NCBI GenBank assembly: GCA_963783575.1
Contig: CAWAOD010000018.1
Coordinates: 32,001 to 96,000 of the forward strand
Origin: an uncultured Spirochaetota bacterium
GTDB lineage: Bacteria > Spirochaetota > Brevinematia > Brevinematales > JAOACQ01
Direction: 5' to 3'
Length of the DNA: 64,000 bases
In this document: positions 50,796-62,425 of the stretch, in pieces
Layout of the letters: every line of letters starts with the position of its first letter
How positions within the stretch are numbered: the stretch's first letter is position 1
Notes under the pieces: model-generated
The model's input: only the letters and a program-made list of their open reading frames with translations
What the model was told of the DNA's origin: nothing
The model's database searches: none
Made by a program: the position numbers and the translations under genes

Positions 50796-52027
50796 TCCAG
50801 GGTATAAACAATCAAACCATCTCGAAGTTTTGGCTCAAACCAGGTCGATTTAGGAGGCATTACCTTATTTGTATCCGTTACCTGTATTAATTCCCCCATG
50901 CTTACTGGATACATACAAAAAGAAACAACCGCATAACCGCTATCAACCTGACGAATCAATTCTTCCGCACCTTTAATTCCTCCAATGAACTTTATACGCT
51001 CAGAAGTTCGCGGGTCTTCAATCCCTAGAACCTTTGATAATAGATTATTCTGCAGGATATTCACATCGAGGGATTCCAGCGGATCGGAAGAATTAAAAGT
51101 ATCCTTTTTCGGTGAAATTAAATAAAGACTTTTATTAATATACATTATAATATTTCCTTTTTTATCCGGTTGTATTTTGTCCGTCTCATTTAGAATAAAA
51201 AAACTGCCGATTCTATCGAGAAACTGAACTTTTGTCAGATTTTTCAAGTCAAGAACAATCCGGTTATATGGAAGAATCTGAAGTTCGCTTGAAGGAAAAA
51301 TAACAGCCATAAAATAATTATATGGCTCATTCCCATTGTGCCAGTGATTTTCCGATTTAAGTGCTTTCCATACGTTAACCGCTGAAGCTGCACGGTGATG
51401 CCCGTCTGCAATATAAAGAAAAGGAATATTATTAAAATAATTACAAATATTATTTATTAATGTTTCATCGGTTACCGCCCATAATTTAATTTCCACATTG
51501 TTTTCATCATTAAGCTCATAAAGAGGTTCGTTTTTTTTAATCGGCATAAGCAGGCTATCATATTCACCTGTTTTTTCAAAAGCGAGAAAAACAGGTCCTG
51601 TATCAGCCCGGACGGTCATAATATGCCTTGATCGGTCTGATTCTTTATCTTTTCTTGTCAATTCATGCTTCTTTATCAAACCATTCTCGTATTCTTCACA
51701 GCTTACCGCAGCGTAAATACCGGTTTGAGTCTTGCCATTCCAAGTCTGGGATATAAGATAAAAAAACGGCTTTTCATCCCTTACCAGTATGCCGTCATTT
51801 ATAAAATTCTCGAAATTTTCCCTTGCTTTTTTATAAACCTCATCAGAATAGTAAGTTACAAGACCAGGAATATCAGCCTCTGCTCTTGTTACATGAAAGA
51901 ATGAATAAGCGTTATTTCTAACAGCAGCCTTAACTTCTTCAATATCTACAACATCATAAGGCGGAACATGTACTATTCCGGCGAATTTTTTATCAGGCCT
52001 TACAGCGGGGAATGGTTTTACAGTCAT
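50792..52027 (-). CDS. DUF1015 family protein
   Basis: PPYDV, IKKHELTR..KE.DR, YIADGHHR.ASA, MPPKSTWFEPKLRDG. Confidence 0.92.
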   Translation of the reverse strand: MTVKPFPAVRPDKKFAGIVHVPPYDVVDIEEVKAAVRNNAYSFFHVTRAEADIPGLVTYYSDEVYKKARENFENFINDGILVRDEKPFFYLISQTWNGKTQTGIYAAVSCEEYENGLIKKHELTRKDKESDRSRHIMTVRADTGPVFLAFEKTGEYDSLLMPIKKNEPLYELNDENNVEIKLWAVTDETLINNICNYFNNIPFLYIADGHHRAASAVNVWKALKSENHWHNGNEPYNYFMAVIFPSSELQILPYNRIVLDLKNLTKVQFLDRIGSFFILNETDKIQPDKKGNIIMYINKSLYLISPKKDTFNSSDPLESLDVNILQNNLLSKVLGIEDPRTSERIKFIGGIKGAEELIRQVDSGYAVVSFCMYPVSMGELIQVTDTNKVMPPKSTWFEPKLRDGLIVYTLD

Positions 52028-52124
52028 AATGAAGACCGCCTTAATGAAAATTATAATAAGTCATTGTATATTAATTTAATATTTTTTTCCATGTTTAATC
52101 TTATGTTTCAAAATATCAACAAAT

Positions 52125-53015
52125 TTATTCTTCAGAAGTATCAATATCGCTATTCGAAATACATTCTTCATTTGTTTCAGACAGATATGACGGATAGGTT
52201 TCACTTTCAAGCTGAGGAATATGATTGACTATATTGCTCGAATCCGTATCATTAGTATTTGTAATTATTGTAAAGTCATTTGTTTGTGATAATAAGGGTG
52301 AGTTTTGATCGGTTGAATTCATTATCGCCATCAAAAAATAATACCTCTGCGAAAGTATCTTTCTTTTAAATAAATTATCCGGATTATATTTGATGGGACT
52401 TGATAAAATTGCGATAAGCCTTGCTTTTTCATCATCGTTTAAATCACCTACATTCTTACTGTAATAATACCTCGATGCTCTTTCAATGCCGAAAATTCCT
52501 TTTCCCCATTCAATCGAGTTCAAATAAAGTTCCAATATCCTGCCTTTTTTCATAATGAAATTCATTTCCACGGCAATAATAATCTCCAGGTATTTCCTTA
52601 AGATATTCTTTGAGGGTATCAGGAATAATGTGCGGGCTAGCTGCTGATTTATCGTGCTGGCGCCATAGGAATAACCATGATTTTGCCGGTTACGGACATA
52701 AGCATCATGAATTGCCGTAAGATCGATACCGAAGTGTTCGTAGAAATTAGCGTCTTCGATTCTGACAGCCATCATTTGAACATCTCTGGGCAGTTTCCTT
52801 AATGGAATAAATTCAATGGGCTTAACAATATAATGATAAGCGTATTTCCTGTATAACATTAAAGTTCCGTATTCCGGGTTCTTTTTGGTATAAACCATGC
52901 AAAAAATAAAAATAATGAAAATAAATGTCACATGGAAAATTACAATTATTTTTAATATTGAAAGTAAGATTGAAACCAGCCTGATTTTATTGTGCAGAAA
53001 AGTCCTCCTTTTCAA
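52125..53015 (-). CDS. mtgA: Monofunctional peptidoglycan transglycosylase
   Basis: ED.NFY.HFG.D, GASTI.QQL.R.LFL, RK..E, K.RILE.YLN.IEWG.GIFG. Confidence 0.88.
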   Translation of the reverse strand: MKRRTFLHNKIRLVSILLSILKIIVIFHVTFIFIIFIFCMVYTKKNPEYGTLMLYRKYAYHYIVKPIEFIPLRKLPRDVQMMAVRIEDANFYEHFGIDLTAIHDAYVRNRQNHGYSYGASTINQQLARTLFLIPSKNILRKYLEIIIAVEMNFIMKKGRILELYLNSIEWGKGIFGIERASRYYYSKNVGDLNDDEKARLIAILSSPIKYNPDNLFKRKILSQRYYFLMAIMNSTDQNSPLLSQTNDFTIITNTNDTDSSNIVNHIPQLESETYPSYLSETNEECISNSDIDTSEE

Positions 53016-53167
53016 ACAACATATGGAAGAATAAATAAATATTGTAGCATAATAAGGTCAATTAAACAATTATATTACACTCAAAACAGCCTGGAAGCAT
53101 CTTGTATTAAAAACTATTATTAATTTTAATTTTATGATATTATTAATAAAAAATCTGAGGTGTGGAA

Positions 53168-55956
53168 ATGGCTGATAACAATTCAAAACTTAAGAGAATT
53201 ATGCTCCTCGACGGTTCGGGAATAATATACAGGGCTTATTTCGCATTTATAAAAAGGCCGCTAACTACATCAAGAGGCGAGAATACATCAGCGATTTTCG
53301 GTTTTTTAAAAATACTAATCCAGATCATCCGTGAGTTTAAACCTGACATCCTGGTAACGGCATTCGATTTATCACGGGATACATTCCGCCGGGAGATTTT
53401 CGCCGATTACAAAGCACACAGGGAGGAGACACCGAAAGAGCTTAAGGAACAAATACCTGTAATGATAGATATTCTCAGGCTAATGCACATTCCTGTGCTT
53501 GAGATGGCCGGATTTGAGGCGGATGATATTATCGGAAGCCTTTCGGAACAGCTTAAAAAAGATAACGAGGTTTTTATCATTTCCAGTGATAAAGATTTGC
53601 TTCAACTTGTTGATGAAAATGTGAAAGTTTTAAGACCCCAGCATGGTATCAGTGAAATAAATCTTATAGATAAAAACGGGGTCAGAAATATTTTGGGGGT
53701 CAATTCGGAACAGATCCCGGATTATCTGGCGATTGTCGGCGACAGCTCGGACAATATTCCTGGAGTCAAGGGAATTGGAGAAAAAGGAGCACTTCAGCTT
53801 CTTAATACTTATCCGACAATTGAGGAGATTTACAATCATATTGACGAGATCAAGGGAGCGGTGCAGAAAAAACTCATCGAAAACAGGGAAAACGCATTTC
53901 TCAGCAAACAGCTTGCGCAGATCAAACTGGATATGCGGATTGAAGAAGATATTTTATCAAACCACCTCAATTTAAAAGAATTGGCGAATCATGAAGTAGT
54001 CCAAAAGCTGAAACATTATCAGATCACTTCCATAATAAGCGATCTGCAGAAACTGTTCCTATCCGAAGAATTCAGGAATTCCGAAGGCGGCCTTTTTACA
54101 AAGGAAACGGAAATAAATGAGACTACTAAAAGTGAATTAAAACCCTTCTCCGGGAAATATAGCCTGATAACAAAAAAGACTGGATTGTTATCGCTTTTTG
54201 TACGATGCAGGGAAAATAAATTTTTTTCCCTCGATACAGAAACAACTTCAGCAAACCCGATTGATGCTGATTTAATAGGTATATCCATATCGCTTGAAGA
54301 AGGGGAAGGAGTATTCATACCGGTTCTTTATGATACTCCCGGGGAATTCGATAAAAATTTTGTCATACAGAATATTAAACCCATTCTGGAGGATCAAAAT
54401 ATCGGAAAAATCGGCCAGAATGCCAAGTATGAAATGGAAATATTTAAAAATGAAGGGATCGATATGACAGGTGTGGTATTTGATACAATGCTTGCCGCTT
54501 ACTTGATTAACCCTGTTCGGACACATAATAATCTCGAAAGCCTGGTTCAGGAATATCTTGGCTTTAATAAAAGGGATTATAAGGATGTTTTAAAGGATAT
54601 TGCAAAAAATGATAAAACCCTCCTGGATGCTCCTATTGATGATGTTGTCAATTATGCCTGCAGCGATTCAGACTCAGCACTTAGATTAAAAAATCTTCTT
54701 ATACCAATTGTTGAGAAATCCGGCCTGAATAATGTTCTGTATAATATTGAAATTCCATTATCGAAAGTTCTTGCCGTTGTTGAAAGAAACGGGGTTAAAA
54801 TAGATATTGAAAGGCTTAAAGTTTTATCAAAAGAATTGGAAATATCCCTCAGAGATCTGGAAGAAAAAATATACCACATCGCCGGAAGAGAGTTTAACAT
54901 CAATTCGCCGGTTCAGCTTTCAAAACTTTTATTTGAAGAACTCGGGCTTGATCCTGTAAAAAAAACAGGCGGCGGCAAGAATTCAACAGACGAAGAAGTT
55001 TTAAGCGTCCTTGCGAACATACATCCTTTGCCTGCGGAAATTTTAAAATACAGGACTTATGCCAAGCTGAAAGGGACTTATGTTGATTCCCTGCCCGAGT
55101 TAATCTCAAAACGAACTGGAAGGATTCACACAAGCTTCAATCAAACTATAGCCGCAACTGGCAGGCTTTCTTCAAGCGATCCCAACCTTCAGAATATTCC
55201 GGTCAGGGACGAAATCGGAAAGAAGATCAGGGAGGCATTCATTGCGGATGAAGGCAGTATCCTTGTCAGCGCCGATTATTCACAGATTGAACTGCGGTTT
55301 CTGGCGCATTTCTGCGGGGATGAAACATGATGAAAGCCTTTTCAGAAAATATGGATATTCACAGGCATACCGCTTCACTCATTTTTAAAATTCCGGAGAC
55401 AGAAGTTACAGAAGAACAACGGCGAAGGGCAAAAAGCGTAAATTTCGGCATCATATACGGACTTCAGGCTTACGGCCTTTCCCGGCAGCTTGGAATCCCG
55501 ATGCAGGAAGCCAGGCTTTTTATTGATAGTTATTTCGAAAGTTTTCCTAAAGTTAAAAATTTTGTGGAAAGGATATTGAATGAGGTCAAGGATACTGGTG
55601 AAGTAAGAACACTCTCCGGAAGATACCGGAAATTCCCCGATTTGATTGGAAAAGAATTAAAGCCAGGAGGTCAACTCAATTCATCACAGAGGATGGCTCT
55701 CAATACAAAAATTCAGGGAAGCGCCGCTGATGTAATTAAAATCGCAATGATAAATATCCAGCGTTATATTGAAGAAAATCATTTGCGGACAAAAATGATC
55801 CTTCAGATTCACGATGAATTGGTACTGGAAACACCCCTTGAAGAAGTTGAAATAATAAAAATAGCGGTAAAAAAGATTATGGAAGAAGCATATAAACTTG
55901 ATGTTCCTCTTGTTGTTGACGTCGGAACCGGGAAAAACTGGAGTGAGGCGCATTAA
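53168..55956 (+). CDS. polA: DNA polymerase I, one apparent -1 indel near 55325
   Basis: 5'-3' exonuclease (EADD, DKDL, GDSSDNIPGV), DTET, TGRLSS.DPNLQNIP, DYSQIELR; AK.VNFG..YG and HDE in the second frame. Confidence 0.95.
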
Positions 55957-56044
55957 TGGTACTCTGTCCAGCCCTGCCAAAGGGCTTAGAGCCCCTCTGG
56001 ACACTCACTAAATAAATGTACCTCGATAGAGTTCGGGAAAAACC

Positions 56045-56117
56045 GGGTCAAGTATCCTGCCTGGCCTTCCTACGACGGGATCTCCGGCAGGTAGACGGCA
56101 GACAGGTCATGCTTGTT
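56045..56117 (+). repeat. Expanded palindrome copy with nested CCTGCCT..CGGCAGACAGG hairpin
   Basis: GGGTCAAGTA[insert]TCATGCTTGTT. Confidence 0.75.
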
Positions 56118-56168
56118 GATAAATCTCAGCTTTTATTTTATACTAATAGTGAAATTTAAGAATGGAGT

Positions 56169-57650
56169 ATGAATATGGAAGAGATGAAACAAAATCTCAC
56201 TGATGAAAGGGAAAACAGGATAAAGAAAATTGATGAACTAAAAAAATTAAATATAAACCCCTACCCAAACGATTATAAGCCCGGAACTAATTCTTCAGAT
56301 GTCAGAGAGAAATTTATTTCAAACGGCGAGGCTGAATTCCAGGCGAATATCGCTGGAAGGATAATGCTGATAAGGGATTTCGGCAAAGCCCAATTCGCGA
56401 CATTAAAAGATAATCATGGCATGATACAGATTTATGCCCGCCAGGATATTCTAGGAGAGGAGAAATACCGGATTTTTAAATTGGTTGACGCTGGGGATAT
56501 TATTGGAATCAATGGCAAGGTATTTAAGACTCACAAGGGAGAAATAACCGTCCTGGTTGAAAACTATACGATATTAGCCAAAGCAGTGAACAGCCTTCCT
56601 GAAAAATGGCATGGATTGACGGATGTGGAAACACGCTACCGCCAGAGATACGTTGATTTGATTATAAATGATAAGGTCAAAATGGATTTTATCAGCAGGT
56701 TTAAGATAATTTCCCATATCCGGCATTTTTTATCGGAGCGCGGTTTTCTTGAGGTGGAAACACCGATGATGCAGGTGATCCCCGGCGGAGCATCGGCGAA
56801 GCCATTCACTACTCATCATAATGCACTTGACATGGATCTATTTTTAAGGATAGCTCCCGAATTATATTTAAAACGCCTGATTGTCGGTGGTTTTGAAAGA
56901 ATTTTTGAAATGAACAGGAATTTCCGGAATGAAGGTATAGACACCAAGCATAATCCCGAGTTTACAATGCTTGAACTTTACCAGGCATACGGAAATTACA
57001 ACGATATGATGGAACTTTTTATAGACCTTGTAAAAAGCCTTGCCGTATTGATTAAAGGAAATACAAAATTTGAATATCAGGGAAATGAGATCGACTTTTC
57101 TAACTGGAAAAAAATCAAATATGCGGATGCCCTCAAAGATATTGCCGGAATTGATACAGGCTTGGTGAAAGACCAAAAAGATGCGCTTAAGATAGCTATG
57201 GAAAGGGGCTTTGATGAAATCGGTGATTTTGAAGGCAAATGGGGCATTCTTAATATACTGTTTGAGGAATATGTCGAACCTAATTTGATAGAACCGACAA
57301 TAATTTATGATTATCCGTCGGAAATATCACCCCTCTCGAAATATAAACCGGAAGACCCCGAGTTTGTTGAGCGTTTTGAGGCATACATAATGGGTCGTGA
57401 GCTTGCCAACGCTTTTTCGGAATTGAACGATCCTTTTGTTCAAGCTGAACGTTTTCTTTCCCAGGCAAAAAAGAAAGCCCAGGGTGACGATGAAGCAATG
57501 TATATGGACGAGGATTACATTAACGCTCTTGAGTACGGTATGCCACCAACGGGCGGCATGGGAATAGGTATCGACCGTCTAGTAATGTTCCTTGTCGACA
57601 CAAATTCGATAAGGGATACGATTCTATTCCCGACAATGAAGTCAAGATAG
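56169..57650 (+). CDS. lysS: Lysine-tRNA ligase, class II
   Basis: LPEKWHGLTDVE.RYRQRYVDLI, EVETPM, LRIAPELYLKRL, FRNEG, HNPEFT, YGMPP.GG.G.GIDRL. Confidence 0.98.
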   Translation: MNMEEMKQNLTDERENRIKKIDELKKLNINPYPNDYKPGTNSSDVREKFISNGEAEFQANIAGRIMLIRDFGKAQFATLKDNHGMIQIYARQDILGEEKYRIFKLVDAGDIIGINGKVFKTHKGEITVLVENYTILAKAVNSLPEKWHGLTDVETRYRQRYVDLIINDKVKMDFISRFKIISHIRHFLSERGFLEVETPMMQVIPGGASAKPFTTHHNALDMDLFLRIAPELYLKRLIVGGFERIFEMNRNFRNEGIDTKHNPEFTMLELYQAYGNYNDMMELFIDLVKSLAVLIKGNTKFEYQGNEIDFSNWKKIKYADALKDIAGIDTGLVKDQKDALKIAMERGFDEIGDFEGKWGILNILFEEYVEPNLIEPTIIYDYPSEISPLSKYKPEDPEFVERFEAYIMGRELANAFSELNDPFVQAERFLSQAKKKAQGDDEAMYMDEDYINALEYGMPPTGGMGIGIDRLVMFLVDTNSIRDTILFPTMKSR

Positions 57651-57729
57651 GTATTGTGTTATTCTGAAAATTAAAAAAGTATTAATAATTTGATTAAAAT
57701 AATTCTTTATTATTATTAAGGAGTTTAAA

Positions 57730-58734
57730 ATGGAAAAGCCGAAAGAAAAAGAAATTTCTTTAAAAAGCACTAAAAATGAGTTACTTGATGCTTATAATGA
57801 ATTGTTAACAAAAGTCAAGGATGAAAAATCCGATGACAGGAAAATTAATAAACAGAAGGCTGATGAGGATAAAATAATAAACTCGGCATCCCAGAATTCA
57901 ACCGAAAAAATCATTAAAGATCTTGGCGAAACAAAACTCACTATATCCCGTTCTCTGGACGAACTTGGTGAAAAGCTTGTGTCTGAATATAAAAAGCTTA
58001 CAGATTTACAAAATGCTATTAATATTGAAAAGAGTTATCTTGATGAGATTTATCAAATTAAAATTGAGGCGGACAGCCTCGCAGCTTTGCTAGGAGCACA
58101 GAAGGAAAAGAAAATTGAATTTGAGAACGAAATTGAAAAAAAGAAGCTGGATTTTGAAGAAGAAATGATCCAGAAACGCCTGCAGTGGAAAACTGAGCAG
58201 GATGCATTTGAAGCCGCCAGAAAAGAAAGAGACTCTCAATTAAAAAAAGAAAGAATAAGGGAAGAAGAAGAATACAATTATAATCAACTGTTAACTAGAA
58301 AAAAAGACAATGATGAATATAATGAAAAGAAAATCACATTAGAGAAAAATTTTAATGAAAGAGAAGCCGCAATCGCACAAAGAGAAAAAGAATACCTTGA
58401 ATTGAACGTAAAAGTTGAAACATTTGTGACAGAACTGCAGAAAGCTCAGGAAGACGTTAAGAATGCTGTAACTGCCGAACTTGAAACAAAACATAAATTC
58501 CAGGCTGACTTATTGAATAAGGAACTTGACGGTGAAAGGAAACTGAATAAGCAGATCATCACTTCACTTGAAAATAAAATAAAAGAGCAGGAAATTCAAA
58601 TTAAGAAACTGTCAGAACGCGCGGATGATTCAATTTCACAGGTTCATTCCATTGCTATGAAAGCTGTGGAAGGTTCTCAAAAAGGATTTACTGGAAGTAA
58701 TTCCGATAAATCACCTGACGTATCAAAAAGTTGA
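57730..58734 (+). CDS. Coiled-coil hypothetical protein
   Basis: 334-aa E/K-rich heptad ORF; RBS AAGGAG. Confidence 0.75.
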   Translation: MEKPKEKEISLKSTKNELLDAYNELLTKVKDEKSDDRKINKQKADEDKIINSASQNSTEKIIKDLGETKLTISRSLDELGEKLVSEYKKLTDLQNAINIEKSYLDEIYQIKIEADSLAALLGAQKEKKIEFENEIEKKKLDFEEEMIQKRLQWKTEQDAFEAARKERDSQLKKERIREEEEYNYNQLLTRKKDNDEYNEKKITLEKNFNEREAAIAQREKEYLELNVKVETFVTELQKAQEDVKNAVTAELETKHKFQADLLNKELDGERKLNKQIITSLENKIKEQEIQIKKLSERADDSISQVHSIAMKAVEGSQKGFTGSNSDKSPDVSKS

Positions 58735-58784
58735 GGCCCTGATCCAGCCGAAACTTGAACAATCAAATAAAGGAGATTTATTTC

Positions 58785-61046
58785 ATGACTAAAAACATTG
58801 ATATGATTAAAAAAGTATACTCCGGCTACAATGGCAGGATTGAGAAATCACGTAAAATTAACGGCAGGCCTCTGACATTTGCAGAAAAAATTCTTTATTC
58901 GCATCTTGATGAGACACCGGAAAAGCCCTTGCAAAGAGGAAAAGATTACGCCGAACTTAATCCAGACCGCGTTGCAACGCAGGATGCGACTGCGCAGATG
59001 GCCCTGCTGCAGTTCATGCATGCCGGCAGGAAAACAACCTCAGTTCCTACAACTGTCCACTGCGACCATCTTATTGTGGCGGGAACCTGCGCAGATGATG
59101 ACTTGAAGATCGCTATCAAAGAAAATAAAGAGGTTTACGACTTCTTATCCAGTATTTCACTAAAATACGGTATAGACTGTTGGAAACCCGGCGCAGGAAT
59201 CATCCATCAGGTAATTCTTGAAAATTACGCCTTCCCCGGCGGCCTGATGATCGGTACAGATTCCCACACACCGAACGCCGGAGGACTTGGAATGATAGGC
59301 GTAGGGGTCGGTGGGGCCGACGCTGTGGATGTTATGGCGGGTCTGCCCTGGGAGCTTAAATGGCCGAAGATCATAGGAGTCAGACTCACAGGAAGGCTTA
59401 ACGAATGGGCTTCCGCAAAGGATGTGATCTTAAAGCTTCTCGGGATACTTACTGTAAAAGGCGGAACAGGGCATATTATAGAGTATTTTGGCGAAGGAAC
59501 ATCCAACATTTCATGCACAGGAAAAGCGACAATCTGCAATATGGGGGCTGAGCTTGGCGCCACTTTATCGGTTTTTCCATATGATGATAAAATGGAAAAT
59601 TATTTGTTGACAACAGGAAGAGATGATCTTGTTGATCTTTTAAAAGATATTGGACCTTTGTTGAAATCAGACAGTAAAGTAATTGATCATCCCGAAGACT
59701 TCTATGATAGAATTATAGAGATAAATTTAAGCGAGCTGGAACCATACATAAATGGCCCATTCACACCCGACCTGGCTGTACCAATATCTAAAATGAAGAA
59801 TATTGTTAAAGAGAAAGGCTATCCCGACAAAATCAGCGCCTGTCTTATCGGAAGCTGTACCAATTCAAGCTACGAAGATATAGACAGGGCAGCAAGCCTT
59901 GCAAAACAGGCTCTTGAACATAAAATCAATATTAGGCCAAAATTATACCTCAGCCCAGGCTCTGAAAAAGTAAGACAAACTATTGAAAGGGACGGACAGT
60001 TAAGAACTCTGGAAAAAGCCGGTACAGCGATTCTTGCAAACGCTTGCGGTCCCTGCATAGGCATGTGGAACAGGACAGATATGCCGATGGGTGAATATAA
60101 TACAATAATCACTTCATTCAACAGGAATTTCGCTAAGCGCGCCGACGGCAATCCTAACACTTTCGCTTTTGTTGCGAGCCCGGATATTGTAATGTCTCTT
60201 GCAATCGGAGGAAAGTTGTCATTCAATCCTTTAACTGATTATCTGGAAGATAATATGGGAAATAATATAAAATTAAAACCCCCGTTCGGAAGGGAACTTC
60301 CCGAAAGATTTAATGATTCCGATAATTCAGGAATAATACAAAAAAGCGAAAATTCAGAAGATATTGATGTCATTATTTCTCCAAATAGCGAAAGACTCCA
60401 GTTGTTAAAACCTTTTGAGCCATGGGACGGTAAAGAAATTGAGAATGCCCCCATCCTTATCAAAATCAAGGGCAAATGCACAACAGACCATATTTCAATG
60501 GCCGGAGAATGGCTGAAATACAGGGGACATCTTGATAATATTTCCAACAATCTTCTGATTGGGGCAGTAAATGCCTTTACTGGCGAAACAGGCAGGACAA
60601 AAAATTATTTCACCAATGAAATAAAACCTGTGCCACAGGTAGCCAGGGATTATAAATCAAAAAATATCGGATGGGTTGTAATCGGGGATGAAAATTACGG
60701 TGAAGGATCAAGCCGCGAGCATGCAGCTATGGAACCTCGTTATCTCGGCGGAAGGATAATAATAGTTAAAAGCTTTGCCCGGATACACGAAACCAACTTA
60801 AAAAAACAGGGCATGCTTGCACTCACATTTTCAAATCCTATTGACTATGATAAAATTGAAGAAAACGATTTTATAACAATAAAAGGATTGAGTTATTTTA
60901 GCCCGAACCGGCCTCTTACTATGTTAATAAAACATAAAAACGGTAAATCCGAAGAAATTTCGTTAAATCATACTTATAACTCAAACCAGATAGAGTGGTT
61001 TAAAGCTGGAAGCGCATTGAATCTTATTGCAAAAAAAAACCACTGA
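58785..61046 (+). CDS. Aconitate hydratase, mitochondrial-type
   Basis: [54 protein letters not shown]. Confidence 0.95.
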   Translation: MTKNIDMIKKVYSGYNGRIEKSRKINGRPLTFAEKILYSHLDETPEKPLQRGKDYAELNPDRVATQDATAQMALLQFMHAGRKTTSVPTTVHCDHLIVAGTCADDDLKIAIKENKEVYDFLSSISLKYGIDCWKPGAGIIHQVILENYAFPGGLMIGTDSHTPNAGGLGMIGVGVGGADAVDVMAGLPWELKWPKIIGVRLTGRLNEWASAKDVILKLLGILTVKGGTGHIIEYFGEGTSNISCTGKATICNMGAELGATLSVFPYDDKMENYLLTTGRDDLVDLLKDIGPLLKSDSKVIDHPEDFYDRIIEINLSELEPYINGPFTPDLAVPISKMKNIVKEKGYPDKISACLIGSCTNSSYEDIDRAASLAKQALEHKINIRPKLYLSPGSEKVRQTIERDGQLRTLEKAGTAILANACGPCIGMWNRTDMPMGEYNTIITSFNRNFAKRADGNPNTFAFVASPDIVMSLAIGGKLSFNPLTDYLEDNMGNNIKLKPPFGRELPERFNDSDNSGIIQKSENSEDIDVIISPNSERLQLLKPFEPWDGKEIENAPILIKIKGKCTTDHISMAGEWLKYRGHLDNISNNLLIGAVNAFTGETGRTKNYFTNEIKPVPQVARDYKSKNIGWVVIGDENYGEGSSREHAAMEPRYLGGRIIIVKSFARIHETNLKKQGMLALTFSNPIDYDKIEENDFITIKGLSYFSPNRPLTMLIKHKNGKSEEISLNHTYNSNQIEWFKAGSALNLIAKKNH

Positions 61047-61102
61047 TTGGCTAATAGTTTAACATGCTTGGTCGGAAAGTGTCGGATCAAACTACATTGC
61101 AT

Positions 61103-61168
61103 GTATCAAGAAGCCTGCCCTAAGTTTGCCTGCCTAACGGCAGACAGGCGAAGGGACAAGCTTGTTAA
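61103..61168 (+). repeat. Expanded palindrome copy with two nested REP-like units
   Basis: GTATCAAGAA[GCCTGCCCTAAGTTT[GCCTGCCTAACGGCAGACAGGC]GAAGGG]ACAAGCTTGTTAA; 61101-61124 matches 15820-15843 at 22/24. Confidence 0.8.
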
Positions 61169-61275
61169 TCGGTTAGAAATCCAGCTTACTTTTAAAATAT
61201 CAATTTTTTATTTTTTTTCATTTCCAGTAGAATAATATTTTTATGATAATTAATTTTTCTGAGGTTACAAAGTAA

Positions 61276-61905
61276 ATGGATATAATAACCGTCGGCCATC
61301 ATAATCATATTGGTTACAAACTACCCATCCGTATTTTAAGCAATGTGCTTGATATAAATGCCAAGGAATATCCTTGCTACAAGATTATCCATATCAAAAG
61401 CGGCTCTTCTGGCTCTTTGATTAATAAGAAAAAGAACCTTATCTTGTCACCCTCTGTTATCTGCTTGAATGAATCCGATTCTATAAAGCTGGAAGGGAAA
61501 TTGATTTTCCGAGTCATCTTATTCATGCCTGAGATTGTGAATGGAAATTTATCATTTTCTTCAATTAATAATAAAGACTATTCCAGGTTGGGGCTCTCCG
61601 GTAACCTAGATTTATTCTGGGCAGGACTTTTTTCGAATCGGGATCTAAACTCTTTGCTAATCCCTTTAGCTCCTTTGGCAGATAAAGCAGTAACCGAATG
61701 GATGGATCGAATGTCATCAGAATTGATTGAACAGGGGGCTGATTTATGGCCATGTCGTGCCCGTTCTTATCTGATAGAACTGTTATTTTTAATTGGAAAA
61801 ATATACCATACCTGTTTGCCTAAAATAGGGCAAGGTTTACAGTCCTTCGATAGTTTTGTAACAGACATTATACTCATCTATAATAGAAATGAGGGACTGA
61901 AATGA
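61276..61905 (+). pseudogene. AraC-family regulator N-terminal domain lacking the HTH (probably truncated)
   Basis: P.VICLNE and WPCR.RSY..ELLF motifs; ORF ends where the HTH domain would begin. Confidence 0.55.
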
Positions 61906-62366
61906 AAATTATTATTGATCAGTTGCCATTAATTGACCTGGAAAAAATCCGGCTACTCTGGGAAAAACTTAATCGCATTCATGCAAAAAAATCACCTTAT
62001 TTCAGTAATGAATACTCCGGTAAAACTTTTGCCGAACAAAAAAAGGAGTTCATATTAAAAGCACATCTTATGCCAACCACTTTATTTACTGCCCTTGATA
62101 AAGACAAAGATTATTTAGCAGGATATTGCTTCGCCAGCGCTGAACCTAAAATGGCAGGGGAAGTAGATTCTCTTTACGTTGATGAATTTTATCGAAGCCT
62201 GCATCTCGGACAGGACCTTCTTAAAAGGGCAATCAACTGGATGGATGAAATTGGTGTTCATAGAAAAATAATTGAAGTTTATACTGGTAACGAGGATGTA
62301 TTGCCTTTTTAACAGAAATTTGGATTTTATCCAAAAAAGATAATCATAGAGTATCAGAATCTTTGA
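61902..62366 (+). pseudogene. GNAT acetyltransferase with in-frame TAA (62310-62312)
   Basis: GEVDSLYV...YR...LG; GNEDVLPF*QKFGFYP, with the stop at the Tyr position of the FY..GF motif. Confidence 0.8.
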
Positions 62367-62425
62367 TTATTTTGGATTAATAAATTTTAGTATTTAATGT
62401 TTTATGATAATATCAGGAGGATCTT

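Noticed and set aside
55320..55335. Programmed frameshift or naturally split polA
   Set aside because: The break falls inside the polymerase domain at a short A-run with no slippery heptamer; a consensus error is more likely.
55957..56168. T-box or lysine riboswitch upstream of lysS
   Set aside because: No T-box consensus; the GC-rich sequence is explained by palindromic repeats.
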